DNA of 61,958 bases, the filler included, from Chiloscyllium plagiosum (lineage: Eukaryota), in assembly GCF_004010195.1 (NCBI RefSeq). It is 4 parts of one record of this genome, joined end to end, with 100 filler letters (N's around TTAATTAATTAA, not from the genome) between each part and the next. Parts side by side here need not be neighbours in the genome. Positions count along the whole stretch, not along the records: positions 27,525 to 45,841 come from NC_057714.1; positions 45,942 to 57,747 come from NC_057714.1; 2 more parts are not named here. One strand, 5' to 3'. Below, piece after piece: positions 38,035-50,155 of this stretch. How positions within the stretch are numbered: the first letter of the stretch is position 1; each line of letters begins with the position of its first letter. The notes below the pieces were generated by a model, which ran no database searches, was not told where the DNA came from, and saw only the letters and a list, made by a program, of their open reading frames with translations. The position numbers were made by a program, and so were the translations under genes.

Positions 38035-38637
38035 ATGATTTGGAAATGCCAAGCTTGGACTGGGGGGAGTACGAAGTTAAAAATCACACAACACCAGGTT
38101 ATAGTCCAATTGGAAGCACTAGCTTTCGGAGTGCTGCTCTTTCATCAGGAGATGAAACTGCATGAATCCATGTAAGATTCTGTTAATTCATTTTTTTAGA
38201 TTAGAATCAGTCTAAACATTATGGCACAGACAGAATCACACAGGGGAACTCACGTCTTCAATATATTATCTGAGCTGACAGATACCAATAGTTAAAGCAA
38301 AATTTCCTGCTCTTTCAATGCTGCCTGACCTACCGTGCTTTTTCAGCACCACTCTAATCTAGATCAATTGTTAAAGTTTACTTGAGAATGTAACTTTTAA
38401 AAAACAGTTTTATGATTTACATATGAAAAAACTGATACCAACACAGTCATTCTAAAAGATGAGAGACTTAACAAATAATATATATTTTCAATATATAATT
38501 TCAGTTACATCACACTGTAAACTTTTGCTATAAATTACAATCTTATACTCCAAAACCACCTGAAGGAACAGCGCTCCGAAAGCTAGAGATTCCAATTAAA
38601 CCTGTTGGAGTATAACCTGGCGTTGTGTGATTTTTAA
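38035..38637. mobile_element. Penelope-type non-coding insertion with inverted termini and 13-bp TSD
   Basis: cttcttccagagg at 38022-38034 and 38638-38650; inverted arms about 38075-38148 and 38560-38637; nested second pLTR piece 38298-38363. Confidence 0.75.
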
Positions 38638-38704
38638 CTTCTTCCAGAGGGTAGTGCATCTATGGAATTCTTTACCATATTCTTTAAACATCTATTTAAA
38701 CCAA

Positions 38705-39362
38705 AACATCATAAGATATAGGAGCTGAATTAGGGCATTCAGCCCATTATGTCTGCTTGCTATTCGATCATGGCTAATATGCTTCTCAACCCCATTCTCC
38801 TGCCTTCTCCCCATGATCCTTGATCACTTTACAGTCAAGGACCTATCTATCTCTGTCTTAAATACACTCAATGACTTGGCCTCCACTGTCCTCTCCAGAA
38901 ACAAGTTCCACAGATTAACCGCCCTCTGACTGAAGAAATTCCATCCCGTCTCACTTTTAAAAGGTTGTCCCTTCACTCTGAGGCTGTGCTTTCAGATCCT
39001 AGTCTATTCTACTAGCGGAAAAATCTTCCGCACATTCACTCTGTCCAGGCCTCTCGGCGTTCTGTGAGTTTCATTGAGATTTCCCCTCACCCTCCCAAAC
39101 TGCATCGAGTGCTGACTCAGAGTCCTCAACCACTTCTCAGATGAAAAGGCCTTCATCCCTTGGATCATTTTTGTAAACCTTGTCTGGACCCCCTCCAACA
39201 CCAACATATTCTTCCTTAGGTACAAGGCCCAAAACTGTTCATAATATTTCAAGTGCAATCTGACCATGGCCTTATACAGCCTCAGCAGAATATATCTGCT
39301 CTTGTATTCTAGCCCTCTTGAAATGAATGCTAACATTGCATTTTACCTCCTAATTATCAACT
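38705..39362 (-). mobile_element. CR1 RT C-terminus and 3' end
   Basis: ORF 39004..39336 MLAFISRGLEYKS..LYKAMVRLHLKY. Confidence 0.85.
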
Positions 39363-39539
39363 GAATGACTGAACTGTGAAGAATATTCAAGGCAGAGGTC
39401 AGTAATGGAATAAATTGTTAATAGGGAAAAAGCAGGAATGTGGAGTTGAGGATTATTCAGATCAGCCTTGACCTTATTGAATGATGGACCCATCTCCCTG
39501 GGATGAATGGCTACATCTTATGATGTTACGGCTTACAGA

Positions 39540-39915
39540 TGGCTAGACATTCAGCACTACTGTGGAAAAGGTTTTGCAATGTATATTCCATCTTAAATTG
39601 CTCTGAAGAGCAGGAGAAGCAGCCTCCAGGAACTTTGAAATTCTAGAAGGCACATTGTGAACCCCACAATTAATGTAAATTATGAGTGGCATGTGTTCAA
39701 CAGTAGAAATCAAGAATAAATGTCAATTCATCAATATGTGACTGCATAACACAGCTCATAGAAATTTGTGAATTTGGGCAGCTGAAAGATGAATTATTTT
39801 CAGCTAATCTGGCCAAGTAACTGCTGAGGAAAGAGAGTCTGATTCTTGAAAAAGCTATAAAAACATGTAGAATCTTTGAGCTTCTAAAGTTACAATTACA
39901 GCCCATACACGAGAT
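39540..39915 (+). pseudogene. Decayed Ty3/Gypsy gag fragment
   Basis: Across frameshifts: HCEP..NVNYEWHVFNSRNQ, IHQYVTA..QLIEICEFGQLKDEL, LLRKESLILEKAIKTCRIFE. Confidence 0.65.
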
Positions 39916-40899
39916 GCAAAGCATACCTTCAAGGCTTCTCACGCCAATCCCAATTGACTCCCCTTTGTTATCCATGTGGGTAACCTGTGGAAGCTTCCCT
40001 TGTAGTTCTTAATTCTTCCTGTGATTTAACAGAGTCCTCAAAACAATTAATGAATGTGAGCATTGACGCCACAATTGTGCATGTAATTTATCACAATAAG
40101 TTAGCCTTATTCATGACTTATTGCAACTTTGCAACATTTTCATTTGACTAATGAATGTTTCAGTGGTAATAAACTAATTTCACTGATCTTGGAAGCAATG
40201 AGTACACTCTGTGATTTATGGAGAGGAAATAATCATTTGTACTTTGGGATTTGCTGCAGAACACCTGCTTCATGACCCATATGAAGGTTTTAACTAGTCT
40301 CTACACCAGTGGGAGTCAATAAATGTTGTAAAATTATCATAAATGCATATTCATTGTAGGCTAGATGTTAGCCCAATGGTTAGTGGCAATAATTCATGTT
40401 GCCTGATAGGTTTCTTCAATGTAATTTCATCCACCTGCATAATGCAGTTAACTTTTCTTTAAAACCAGGTCTGATCTCCTTTCTCAAGGGCCTTCTGATA
40501 TTTTCAGTCTACTTTTGGTTCATTAACATACCATGCATCATTCCCAGGCAGAAGGAGCTGGCAGAAACCTGTTCCCAAGCAGCTAATCAGTCACAAGAAA
40601 TGTTTGAAAGCAAGCCATGATTGATAGAGAGTTAGGTTTACCTAATAAAGCCTGGCACCCATCACCTGACCACTGGGAGATTTTGCGTCACAAAGACCAT
40701 TAAAACCGATGAAGTCTAGGTTCTTAAGATATACATGCATGGCGCAACTGGGCAGTGTGGTGTAATCAAAATGAAATCCAATGGAATTATCCAGCGATCA
40801 TGTGTTCAGTACATGAACTGTGTGTATCAGTTGGATGGCTGTATTGGTTGGTGATGTGATAAATTGTGCACGTAATGTGATCAATGTTATGAGTTACGA

Positions 40900-41300
40900 T
40901 AAGAATGAAGTACAAAGTTGTTTGAAATCGAATCGGAGAGATCATGCTTCAGCAGTTACGGGTCTTGACTGGTCTGTGGGAGAATGCACAATAATAGCAT
41001 AAGTGCTAAGGGAAGAGAATCTGACTCTCAAAGAAATTATCAACACATGCTCTGAGTCATAAGTTAACAGCTACAGTGCACACACAGGAGAAGAATTGAG
41101 TAGCAGGCCAAACCTATACACTACTTTGATAAGCAGCTCAGATCTGTCCACTGTATTGAAAAGCAGGTTTGGCATCTCAAATGCAACAATGTGGAGAAAA
41201 GGAAAAAAATAGCAACAGAAGGGCCAACAGTAACATCAATGCTGAAGGACAAGTTGCACATATTGTGCAGATTATCTGTTGCTGGACATCTGTGTGGAAC
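40900..41300 (+). pseudogene. Second, more decayed Gypsy gag fragment
   Basis: NRRD..QLRVL, VLREENLTLKEIINTC, CTYC knuckle-like remnant. Confidence 0.4.
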
Positions 41301-41675
41301 CACTAGCTGTTTTACACTGGATATCTAAATGTTAGTGAGCACTACAGGATTGAAAAGGCCACATGTGCTTTTTTTGTGTTCTGATACAATGCCAGGATTG
41401 CTGTCACTGGACCATTTGAATTGGTTATTGTGTTTTTTGTGTTTTACTGTGCAACTTCAGGTGGCAGCTAAAAGTCAATAATAATGATTTAGGATTGGAG
41501 TCACACTCCGATTGACTTAGTAATGACAGCAAGTTTTGTTCCTTAAAAGCATCAGTGAACAGTTAAGGATTTTTAATAATTTGACAGCCTCTTATTTCTA
41601 TTAAATTGGATTCAACTTCTCAATTTACCATGGCATTTGAACTCAGGTTCTCTGATGAACTCTCAAAACTTCTTG

Positions 41676-41975
41676 TGGGTGGCACAGTGGCTCAGTTGTT
41701 AGCACTGGGTTCGATTCCACCTTTGGGTGACTCTCTGTGTGGAGTTTACATATTCTCCTCATGTCTGTGTGGATCTCCTTCAGGTATTCTGGTTTCTGCC
41801 CAAAGGCCAAAGAAATGTGGATTGGCCGTGCTAAATTGCCTATAGTGACCAGGGATGTGTAGGCTAGGTAGATTCGCTATGGGAAATGCAAGTTACAGGG
41901 ATAGGATGGGTTTGGGTGGGAAGGTTGGTGTGGACTTGAAGGCCAAATGGCTTGCTTCAACCAAGTAGGAGTTCT
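41676..41975 (+). mobile_element. Diverged HE1-like V-SINE
   Basis: ggcacagtggctcag..ggttcgattcc..gtgtggagttt..gctaaattgcc. Confidence 0.75.
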
Positions 41976-42911
41976 GTGATCCGATGCAGACTGTACTTAA
42001 TACTCTGGAAATTTAGGCTGTCTCATTCTTTCTCCACTATCATTATTCCAAATATAGCTGCTATTATATCAAAATCAATACAAATTACTTGTAATCTTAA
42101 TAACTCAGGTTTTCTCCAAAAGATGAAATCAATTACAATAATCATGTTCAGAGGTTATCCAATGAGTTGAATCTGTATTCGTTTGTGGGTGAAAAACTCA
42201 TTAAAGTCTTCACCAGCCTGTTACAATTTCTTCAACTCACGTACCTTCCTGAGTAAAGATTTGAGGCTGCAGTCTAATGACTCAAATTCTTTCCAACTTA
42301 TCATTCCATCCCCTTACATATTGGTTCAAAAACCTGTGCAGTCATTGAAAAATGACATGCCAAATATGCGAGTGCAGAAGGCAGTCAGATAGGAGGACTC
42401 AGTGTCTGCTGAGGCATGTATGTATGGGAGCTATTGTACCCAGGCCACTTTGCAATGACCGCACTGTGCCATCAGGTGGAGATCAGAACGTCGTTCATTC
42501 TTTTTTGATACTGGATCCAGTTCTTCCATGGGCACCATGGGCACTAGCCTGTGTTGCAACCTCCGTTCAGACAGAAGTACCTCCTGTTGTCAACCCAGCT
42601 AGCCTGGAGGAGAATCTGTAGTGCAATGGTGCTGAACTGTAGGCACCAGTTACTGTACCCTCAAGAACAGCAAAACTCCTGGTCAACAGGTGGAAAGGAA
42701 AAGCAGCACTGGCAGTTCCCAACAACGCCTCAGATAGTGGGAATACTGTTCTTGGCTTACAGCCAATGAAACCTGCCTGCATGGGCTTTAGATATGGCAC
42801 CCAGACTATTGATCTGATGCTGGCATGTAATCACATGTAGCCAATAATCCTGCCCCAACCCGAAAAAGTTGCTCACTTCCTCTTCCAACTTTGACAACCT
42901 CACTGCCAAGA

Positions 42912-43097
42912 GGGAGACAATGGTCTGGTGGTACTATCACTCGACTATTAATTCAGAAACTCACCTGGGGACCCAGATTTGAATCCTGTCATGGCAGGTG
43001 GAATTTGAATTCAATTTTAAAAATGCTGAAATTAAGAATCTATAGAGGACCATGAAACAATTATTGGAAAAACCCACCTGGTTCACTTATGACCTTC
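42912..43097 (+). mobile_element. Old tRNA-derived SINE 5' part
   Basis: Degenerate A/B boxes then ggtggaatttgaattcaat..aaaacccacctggttcact; reverse relative at about 24565-24815. Confidence 0.5.
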
Positions 43098-43159
43098 AGC
43101 CTGACAAAGTCATACTTATGGAGTCATACCTCACAGACAATGTCCCAGACACCACCATC

Positions 43160-43362
43160 ACACGGTAATTCAGTGGTTAGCACTGCTGTCTTATAGCACC
43201 TGAGACCCGGGTTCCATTGTAGCTTCAGGCGACTGTCTGTGTGGAGTTTGCACATTCTCCCCGTGTCTGTGTGGGTTTCCTCCAGGTGCTCTGGTTTCCT
43301 CCCACAATCCAGAAATGTGCAGGTTAGATGAATTGGCTATGCTAAACTGTCCCATAGTGTTC
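43160..43362 (+). mobile_element. HE1-like V-SINE cut by a CR1 insertion
   Basis: SINE sequence stops at cccatagtgtt where the CR1 5' UTR begins. Confidence 0.8.
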
Positions 43363-44028
43363 TGGAATTTTGAGTGCGAGCAGCAGCTGAGTTTAAACGA
43401 ACTCGGAGGCTACAGCTAAGGTAAACAGTTTGTTTTAAAATTACTGGTAGTGGGCAGCGGTGTTTTTTTTTCTTCACAGAAAGAACGGGAGCAGCAGGGG
43501 GAAGTGACGACGACCAGAGGGGCAGCCGGGAAGGAAAGCAGTGAGTATAAATACTCACCCTTCGACGCCAACGGTCATTTTGAGTGCGAGCAGCAGCTGA
43601 GTTTAAACGAACCCGGAAGGCTACAGCTAAGGTAAACAGTTTGTTTTAAAATTACTTACCGGTAGCGGGCAGCGGTGTTTTTTTTTCTTCTTCACAGAAA
43701 GAGTGGGAGCAGCAGGGGGAGGTGACGATGACCAGAGGGGCAGCCGGGAAGGAAAGCAGTGAGTATATAAATCAGGAAGGCGGCAAAACCCGAGACTCTA
43801 CAGCTGTAGTGTCTCCCACCTGCCCTCCTCCTCTAACCCCCCTTATTAAGTACTGTGGGTTTTTTTAGGGTAAGGATTTTCTATTTCTTTATCAGTGACT
43901 GGTTAAAAAATTACTTTTTTTTTGTTTATCTATTAATTGTTTTTTAGAAAAAGACTATAGCAGAGAGGTATCAGAAAGTATTTTAACTCAAACCTATACA
44001 AAGTAATAAAGTAATTAACCAAGCAGAG

Positions 44029-44973
44029 ATGGCTGGGCAGGTGGTGTCCTGTAGCTGTATGATGTGGGAGCTGGCTGATCCCATTGTGAACGGCAGTGAC
44101 CACATCTGCAGCAAGTGTTGGTTGCTGGAAGAACTCCTGATCAGAGTTGATGATCTGGAATCTGAGCTTCAAACACTGCGACACATCTGGGAGGGGGAGA
44201 GTTACCTGGACGCTTTGTTTCAGGAGGCAGTCACACCTGGGAGATTAAGTAATTCACATTCAGTTAGTGACCAGGGACATCAGAATGTGACTGTAAGTGA
44301 GGCAGATAGAGGGAACCTGAGTTCAGGAGTGCAGGAGCCTCAGCCCTTGACCTTGCCCAACAGATATGAGATTCTTGCTCCCTGTACGGATGAGGAAAAG
44401 GGCTCTGGACAGGATGAGCCAGCTGACCACAGCACCATGGTGCAGAAGGCCATTCAAGAGGGGAGAGCAAAAAGACAAGTAGTTGTTATACGGGATTCTA
44501 TAATTAGGGGGACAGATAGTATCCTTTGCAAGCCGGATCGGGAGTCTTGCAAGGTGTGTTGCCTACCCGGACCCAGGGTGCAGGACATCTCTGACCGGCT
44601 TGAAAGGAAATTGGAGTGGGAGGGGGAGGATCCAGTTGTTGTGGTCCACGTTGGGACTAACAACATAGGCAAAGCTAGGGTGGAGGACCTGTTTGGGGAT
44701 TATCGAGCACTAGGAAGGAAATTGAAGTACAGGTCCTCAAGGATTACTGCCCGAGCCACATGCCAATTGACATAGGATAAGAAAATTAGGGAAGTAAACG
44801 TGTGGCTAAGGGATTGGTGTGGGAAAGAGGGATTCCACTTCATGGGGCATTGGCATCAGTTTTGGCAGCGGGGGGATCTGTACCGTTGGGACGGTCTCCA
44901 CCTGAACCGATCAGGTACCAATGTTCTAGCGAAGAGGATAAATAGGGTGGTCAGTAGGACTTTAAACTTCTGA
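44029..44973 (+). pseudogene. CR1 ORF1: zinc finger/leucine zipper plus SGNH esterase (frameshifted near 44740)
   Basis: SCSCMMWE..ICSKC, RVDDLESELQTL, IRDSIIRG, VVVHVGTNN, DGLHLN. Confidence 0.85.
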
Positions 44974-45129
44974 GTTGGGGGGAAGAGAAAGTGAAAGCGA
45001 CAGAGAGTATGGAGTTAAATGGAAAGATAAGCAGCAGAATAGCATGTGTGCAGGTGGATTTAAACTTGAGGCAGACTGGGAATGCAGCAAAAAGGAAGGA
45101 TAACTTAGGACATCTTATGACTTCCAATA

Positions 45130-45841
45130 TCTCAAATGATAAGAAAGTTAGCACTTTATTTGAATGCTCGTAGCATTCGTAACAAAGCAGATGAACTAAT
45201 GGCACAGATCGTGAATGATTATGATGTGGTAGGCATCACAAAGACGTGGTTACAGGGGGGTCAGGACTGGCAGGTAAACATCCAAGGGTTTGCAACTTAT
45301 CGAAAAGACAGGGAGGTGGGCAGAGGGGGCGGGGTTGCCTTGTTAGTTAAGAACAAAATTAAATCGATGGCACTGAATGACATAGGGTCGGATGATATGG
45401 AGTCTGTGTGAGTGGAATTGAGGAACCACAAAGGCAAAAAAAACATAGTGGGAGTTATGTACAGACCTCCTAATAGTGGTCAGGACCAGGGCGCAACATG
45501 TACCGGGAAATAGAGAAGGCATGTCAGAAAGGCAAAGTCACAGTGATCATGGGAGACTTCAATATGCAGGTGGACTGGGTAAATAATGTTGCCAGTGGAT
45601 CCAAAGAAAGGGAATTCATGGAATGCTTACAGGATGGCTTTTTGGAAGAGCTTGTCATGGAGCCCACAAGGGAGCAGGCTATTCTGGATGTAGTGCTATG
45701 TAATGAACCAGACTTTATAAAAAATCTTAAAGTAAGGGAACACTTAGGAAACAGCGATCATAATATGGTAGAGTTCAGTCTGCAATTTGAAAGAGAGAAG
45801 GCAAAATCGGATGTAATGGTGTTACAGTTAAATAAAGATAA
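45130..45841 (+). pseudogene. CR1 ORF2 APE endonuclease domain (disrupted)
   Basis: LNARSIRNKADEL, GITKTWL, GGGVALLVK, IMGDFN, GNSDHNMVEF. Confidence 0.88.
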
Positions 45842-45941
45842 NNNNNNNNNNNNNNNNNNNNNNNNNNNNNNNNNNNNNNNNNNNNTTAATTAATTAANNN
45901 NNNNNNNNNNNNNNNNNNNNNNNNNNNNNNNNNNNNNNNNN

Positions 45942-48338
45942 CTGGTTTATGAGCAGCACTCGACTCCTGTAAGATAGCACTCGGAGCAGTCCTGTCCAGC
46001 GGCCTAGGCGAGCCGAGACTTTGGCCTCCAGCTCCTGCCAGTTGGCCGGCCAGGATTCCTCAGCCGGGCTGAGGTAGACCCCCAGGTAGAGGAGATGGGT
46101 GGTACTCCAGCTGAACCCCCGTAACTCCTCCGGCAGAGAGTCCACCCGCCACGGGCCGACCAGTAGTCCGGAACATTTGGCCCAGTTGATCCTGGCGGAA
46201 GACGCCGCCGAGTACACGGCCTGACACTCGCGCATCCTCCCCAGGTCAGCCGGGTCGGTGAAAGTGAGGAGCACGTCGTCGGCGTAGGCCGAGAGGTCCA
46301 CCCCCGTGCCCGCGCCGCGCAGAACCAGCCCCGACAACCTCCTCCGCAAGAGGCGCAGGAAAGGCTCCACACACAGGGTGTGCAGCTGGCCGGACAGGGG
46401 GCAGCCTTGACGCACTCCTCTCCCGAAGCGAACGGGCGCCGTCAGGGACCCGTTAACTTTAACCAGACACTCTGCGGTGGCGTACAAAAGTCGGATCCGG
46501 GCGACGAACTGCGCCCCGAACCCGAATGCCCGCAGAGTCCCGAGCAGGTACTCGTGATCGACCCTGTCGGACGCCTTCTCCTGGTCGAGAGACAGGAAGG
46601 CGCTCGGCAGACCAGCCTGTCGACAGAAATGGATCAGGTCCCGGACCAGGTGGACGTTATCGTGTATCCTCCGGCCCGGGACCGTGTAGGACTGGTCCGG
46701 GTGAATCATGTGGGCCAGCACGGAGGCCAGGCGAGAAGACAACACCCTGGCGAAGATTTTGTAATCCGTGCTGAGGAGGGAGACCGGACGCCAGTTCTTT
46801 AGGGAACGTAGGTCCCCCTTCTTTGGCAGCAGGACGATGACCGCCCTGCGCCAAGAAAGGGGCAGCTGTCCGGCATTTAGACACTCCCCCAGGACCTGGG
46901 TGTAGTCGCTCCCCAGGACGTCCCAGAACGCCCTGAAGAACTCCACAGTCAGCCCGTCCAGCCCCGGGGTTTTGCCCCTTGAGAGCCGGTCAAGGGCGCC
47001 GGTCAGCTCCTCTAAGGTGACGGAGCGTCGAGCCCTCTGGGCTGAGCTGCGGCAGGTCCTCCCACAGAACTCTGCGAGCATCCTCGCTGGACGGATCTGG
47101 AGAGAACAGAGCCGTGTAATAGTTCCGGATGTGGGCCCTGATGCCCTCCGGATCATAGACAAGGGACCCGTCGTCGGCCAGCAGCACAAGGAGCTGCTGA
47201 CGGGTGCCACGCCTTTTTTCCAGCGAGTAGAAGAAGGGGGAGCCGCGGTCCAGGTCCTGGAGGAGCTGGATCTGCGACCTCACGTACGCGCCCCGAGCCC
47301 CGACGAGCTGCAGGTCCCGGAGCGCGGCCTTCTTCTCTTCGTACACCCCGCGCAGGGCCGGGTCCGCGTCGGGCTGGCCGAGGCGTGACTCCAGGTCGAG
47401 CAACTCCCCGATCCTGGATTTCCGCCTCTTCGTCGACCCCCTCGCGTACTCCTGACAGAAGACGCGGACGTGAGCCTTGCCCACGTCCCACCATAGCCTC
47501 AGGGAGGGGAAGCTTCCCCGCTTCCTTCTCCAGCCGGCCCAGAAACGACGGAACGAGTCCCGGAACCGCTCGTCCTCCAGCAGCAGGTTGTTAAAGTGCC
47601 AGTACGCGGAGCCGAGCCTGGCGCCGAACGGAAGGAGTTCCGCCCACACCAGGTGGTGGTCCGTGCATGACACCTGCCGCATGGTGGCCTTCGGGAAACA
47701 GGAGGCGTACGCCCGCGAAACGTACAGGCGGTCGATTCTGGACGCTCCGACCCCAGGCCTCACGAAGGTGAAGGCGATGGAGTCGGGATGGAGATTCCGT
47801 CAGACGTCCACCAGGTCGAAGGACTTGACCAAGTCCCCCAACCTCTTCCCTGACGCGCGGTCAGTGCGGGCACCGCCGTGGTCCCTGCCCTCGAGGACGC
47901 AATTAAAATCTCCCCCGAGGACGACGCACTGGTTCTCGTCGATGGAAGCGAGATGAGCGGACACTTCTTCGAAGAAGCTCGTTTGCCTCGGCCCGGCCAG
48001 GGGAGCGTAGACGTTCACCAAGTGAAGCACCGCGCCCCCCAGCCGAACCGTCAGGTGAAGCAAACGGCCTGGCACTGGCTCCCTGACCCCCAAGATCTCC
48101 GGCTGAAAATGCGGGGCCAACAGGATAGCCACCCCGCCAGATCTGCGGGTGAGGTGACTCATGTAGACCCCCCTCCTCGCCACTCCAGGAGCCAGGGGGC
48201 TTCTTCTCCCAGGGTAGTGTGGGTTTCTTCCAGGAAGCACACCGCATACCTCCCGTCCCGAAGGACCGAGAGGGTCTGGAATCTGCGCTGCGACTCCCTG
48301 CTGCCGTTGATGTTGAGGCTGGCTATAGTCGTCTCCAT
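45942..48338 (-). pseudogene. Tx1 ORF2 (APE endonuclease + reverse transcriptase), frameshifted
   Basis: METTIASLNING, FLEETH, LVNVYAP, LGGDFNC, SRIDR, TDHH, YWHFNN, KTPGLDGL, NWRPVSLL, GVRQGCPLSG, AYADDV. Confidence 0.92.
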
Positions 48339-48392
48339 GTCGGAAGCTTTGTGCAACCACCACCAGTACAATTAACAAACTTGTGTATATAT

Positions 48393-50155
48393 TTACAGGG
48401 AGGACGAGGGAGGGGCACTGAAGTCCCTCGCCCTCACCAGGAGTGCCCCCAGGAAGTTCCTGACTCGCTTTCGCTCATTAATGTCGAGTCCGGGTGCCTG
48501 GCGGGCAGCGTGGGCCGACCAGTAAACTTTTTCCAAATGAGCTCCAGCGGTCGAGCGCCAGTTGGGCTCTATCCCGGCGACCCTGAGTTTCCTCGACAAA
48601 TTCCCGGAGTTCCTCGAGGGGGATGAGAGGGAAATCGGTGGGGGACACCTGGGACTCAAAAACGTCACTGCAGACGGAGTCTGCGTCCTCCCCGGTGTCC
48701 GCCACCGATCCCAAACCCTCCTCCGGGAGGTCGCCCTCGGTCACCGACCCCTCCCCCACCGAGAGGAAGGGGGCTGGTCTGGCGCCGCCAACCGGCCTCA
48801 AAACCCTGGCGACCCCACCCCCAGGGTCACCAGCGGTACCTTCCTCAGCGTACCCCTTCCCGGAACGCCCTGAGCGGGGCCCCGCTCCTCTCCCGACACC
48901 GGGACGCCTGGCTCCTCGGGGAAAGGTCACCCCCCAGGAAAAGGTCATTCCCCAGGGCCAAGGCCCCCGGAAAAACAGTCTGGGAGGGAGGAGCGAGGAT
49001 AACACCCTCCTCCCCTCCACCGCTCGACAACCCAGCGGAGGGTCCTCCGTCGTCGCCCACACCACGGCCTTCGTGGTTCTTAAGGTCCTCCCCAGGGGCC
49101 GGAGGAGTGGAGGCAGTAGGATGCCCTGCTGTAGCCCCTGGGGGTTTTGTCAAGTCGGGCCACGGTGCGGGACAGTCGAGGGGCACCATTGGCTCATCCA
49201 CCGGAGAGGGGCGGCAGCACCGCCAGCGCGCTGCTGGAGAGTCCCTCCCCTCCAAGGGCTGGTGTCTCTTCCCCAGAGAGACTGGGGGGGATTTATGGGC
49301 CTTTCCCTGCCCGCCTCAGTGGTCACGGGGCCCGGGGTCCCTCCCCCCAGCCTTTCCAGGAATACGATTGGCTGGGGGAAGACAGGGGGCGTGGACAGGG
49401 TGGGGAGGGCCAGCCATGTCACTTCCTGCCCCGCCCCTTGTTTATCAGGTGACGGTGGGCGGGGCAGGGGCCCGGTTCCCTCTCCAGGTCCCGGAGACAC
49501 GGTCGCCGCGGGAGGTGGGCCAGCGGTGGTTCCCCCCAGGTTAGTGCCAGGGTGTGGCTGGCTGGGTTGGGCAGGGCTCGGGGGCCCCCGGGCCAGGTGT
49601 CACGGCGCCAGGATTGGGCGTTAAAGCCCGAGGTGTTTCTCCATCGGGGTGGGGAGTGGGTGTGGGGTCAGTGGGGTTAGGGTCAGGTACAGGTTCGGGG
49701 GTTTGAGGGTCAGGGTTCCCGCGCCGGGGCGATGCTGGCACAGCCGCAGGGGCATTGTCGTGCCGGGGCGGGGCACGTCATGGGCTAGGTTCCGGGGAAG
49801 GGGATAGGGTGGTCTCCCCGTGGGCAGGCCTGACGCGTCGTGTCTTCTTCCGTGCCTTCTGGCCAGCCGGACGCTCACCCCCCTCCCTGCCAGAGGCTGG
49901 AACGTTGCAAGCCTCCGGTGCCGGGGCCTGTGGTGTTGGCTTCGGGGGAGGGGGAGTGGGTGCGGCGGCACCACCATCAGCCATCGGCGCGGGCTAGGCA
50001 GCCTTCTGGGTGGGGCAGTTTTTCCTTATGTGCCCCACCTCGCGGCACAGGTGGCACCGCACGCCGTCCAGAAGGCGCAGTAGGCCACTCCCTCGTGGAG
50101 TACCGTAAAACTGCCCTCGGTGACGTCCTCCCGGGCCAGGCAAATAAACACCTGG
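48393..50155 (-). pseudogene. Tx1 ORF1 C-terminal part (zinc knuckle + Pro-rich region), frameshifted
   Basis: VRCHLCREVGHIRKNCP; LIPLEELREFVEETQGRRDR; NERKRVRNFL before stop. Confidence 0.8.

Larger units (their letters stand above)
43363..45841 (+). mobile_element. CR1 LINE 5' half (tandem 5' UTR, ORF1, APE endonuclease), ends at gap
   Basis: Two ~211-bp UTR units; ORF1 and ORF2 motifs as listed separately. Confidence 0.92.
45942..50155 (-). mobile_element. Tx1-type (L1 clade) non-LTR retrotransposon, 5'-truncated in ORF1, 3' part lost in gap
   Basis: CCHC knuckle ORF1 followed by APE-RT ORF2; very GC/CpG-rich. Confidence 0.92.

Noticed and set aside
40820..41002. WD40-like HASAVTGLDWS peptide
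   Set aside because: No usable splice sites; neighbouring frames fit a decayed Gypsy gag better
46380..49997. Many overlapping plus-strand Pro/Gly/Arg-rich ORFs
   Set aside because: Antisense shadows of the GC-rich Tx1 element
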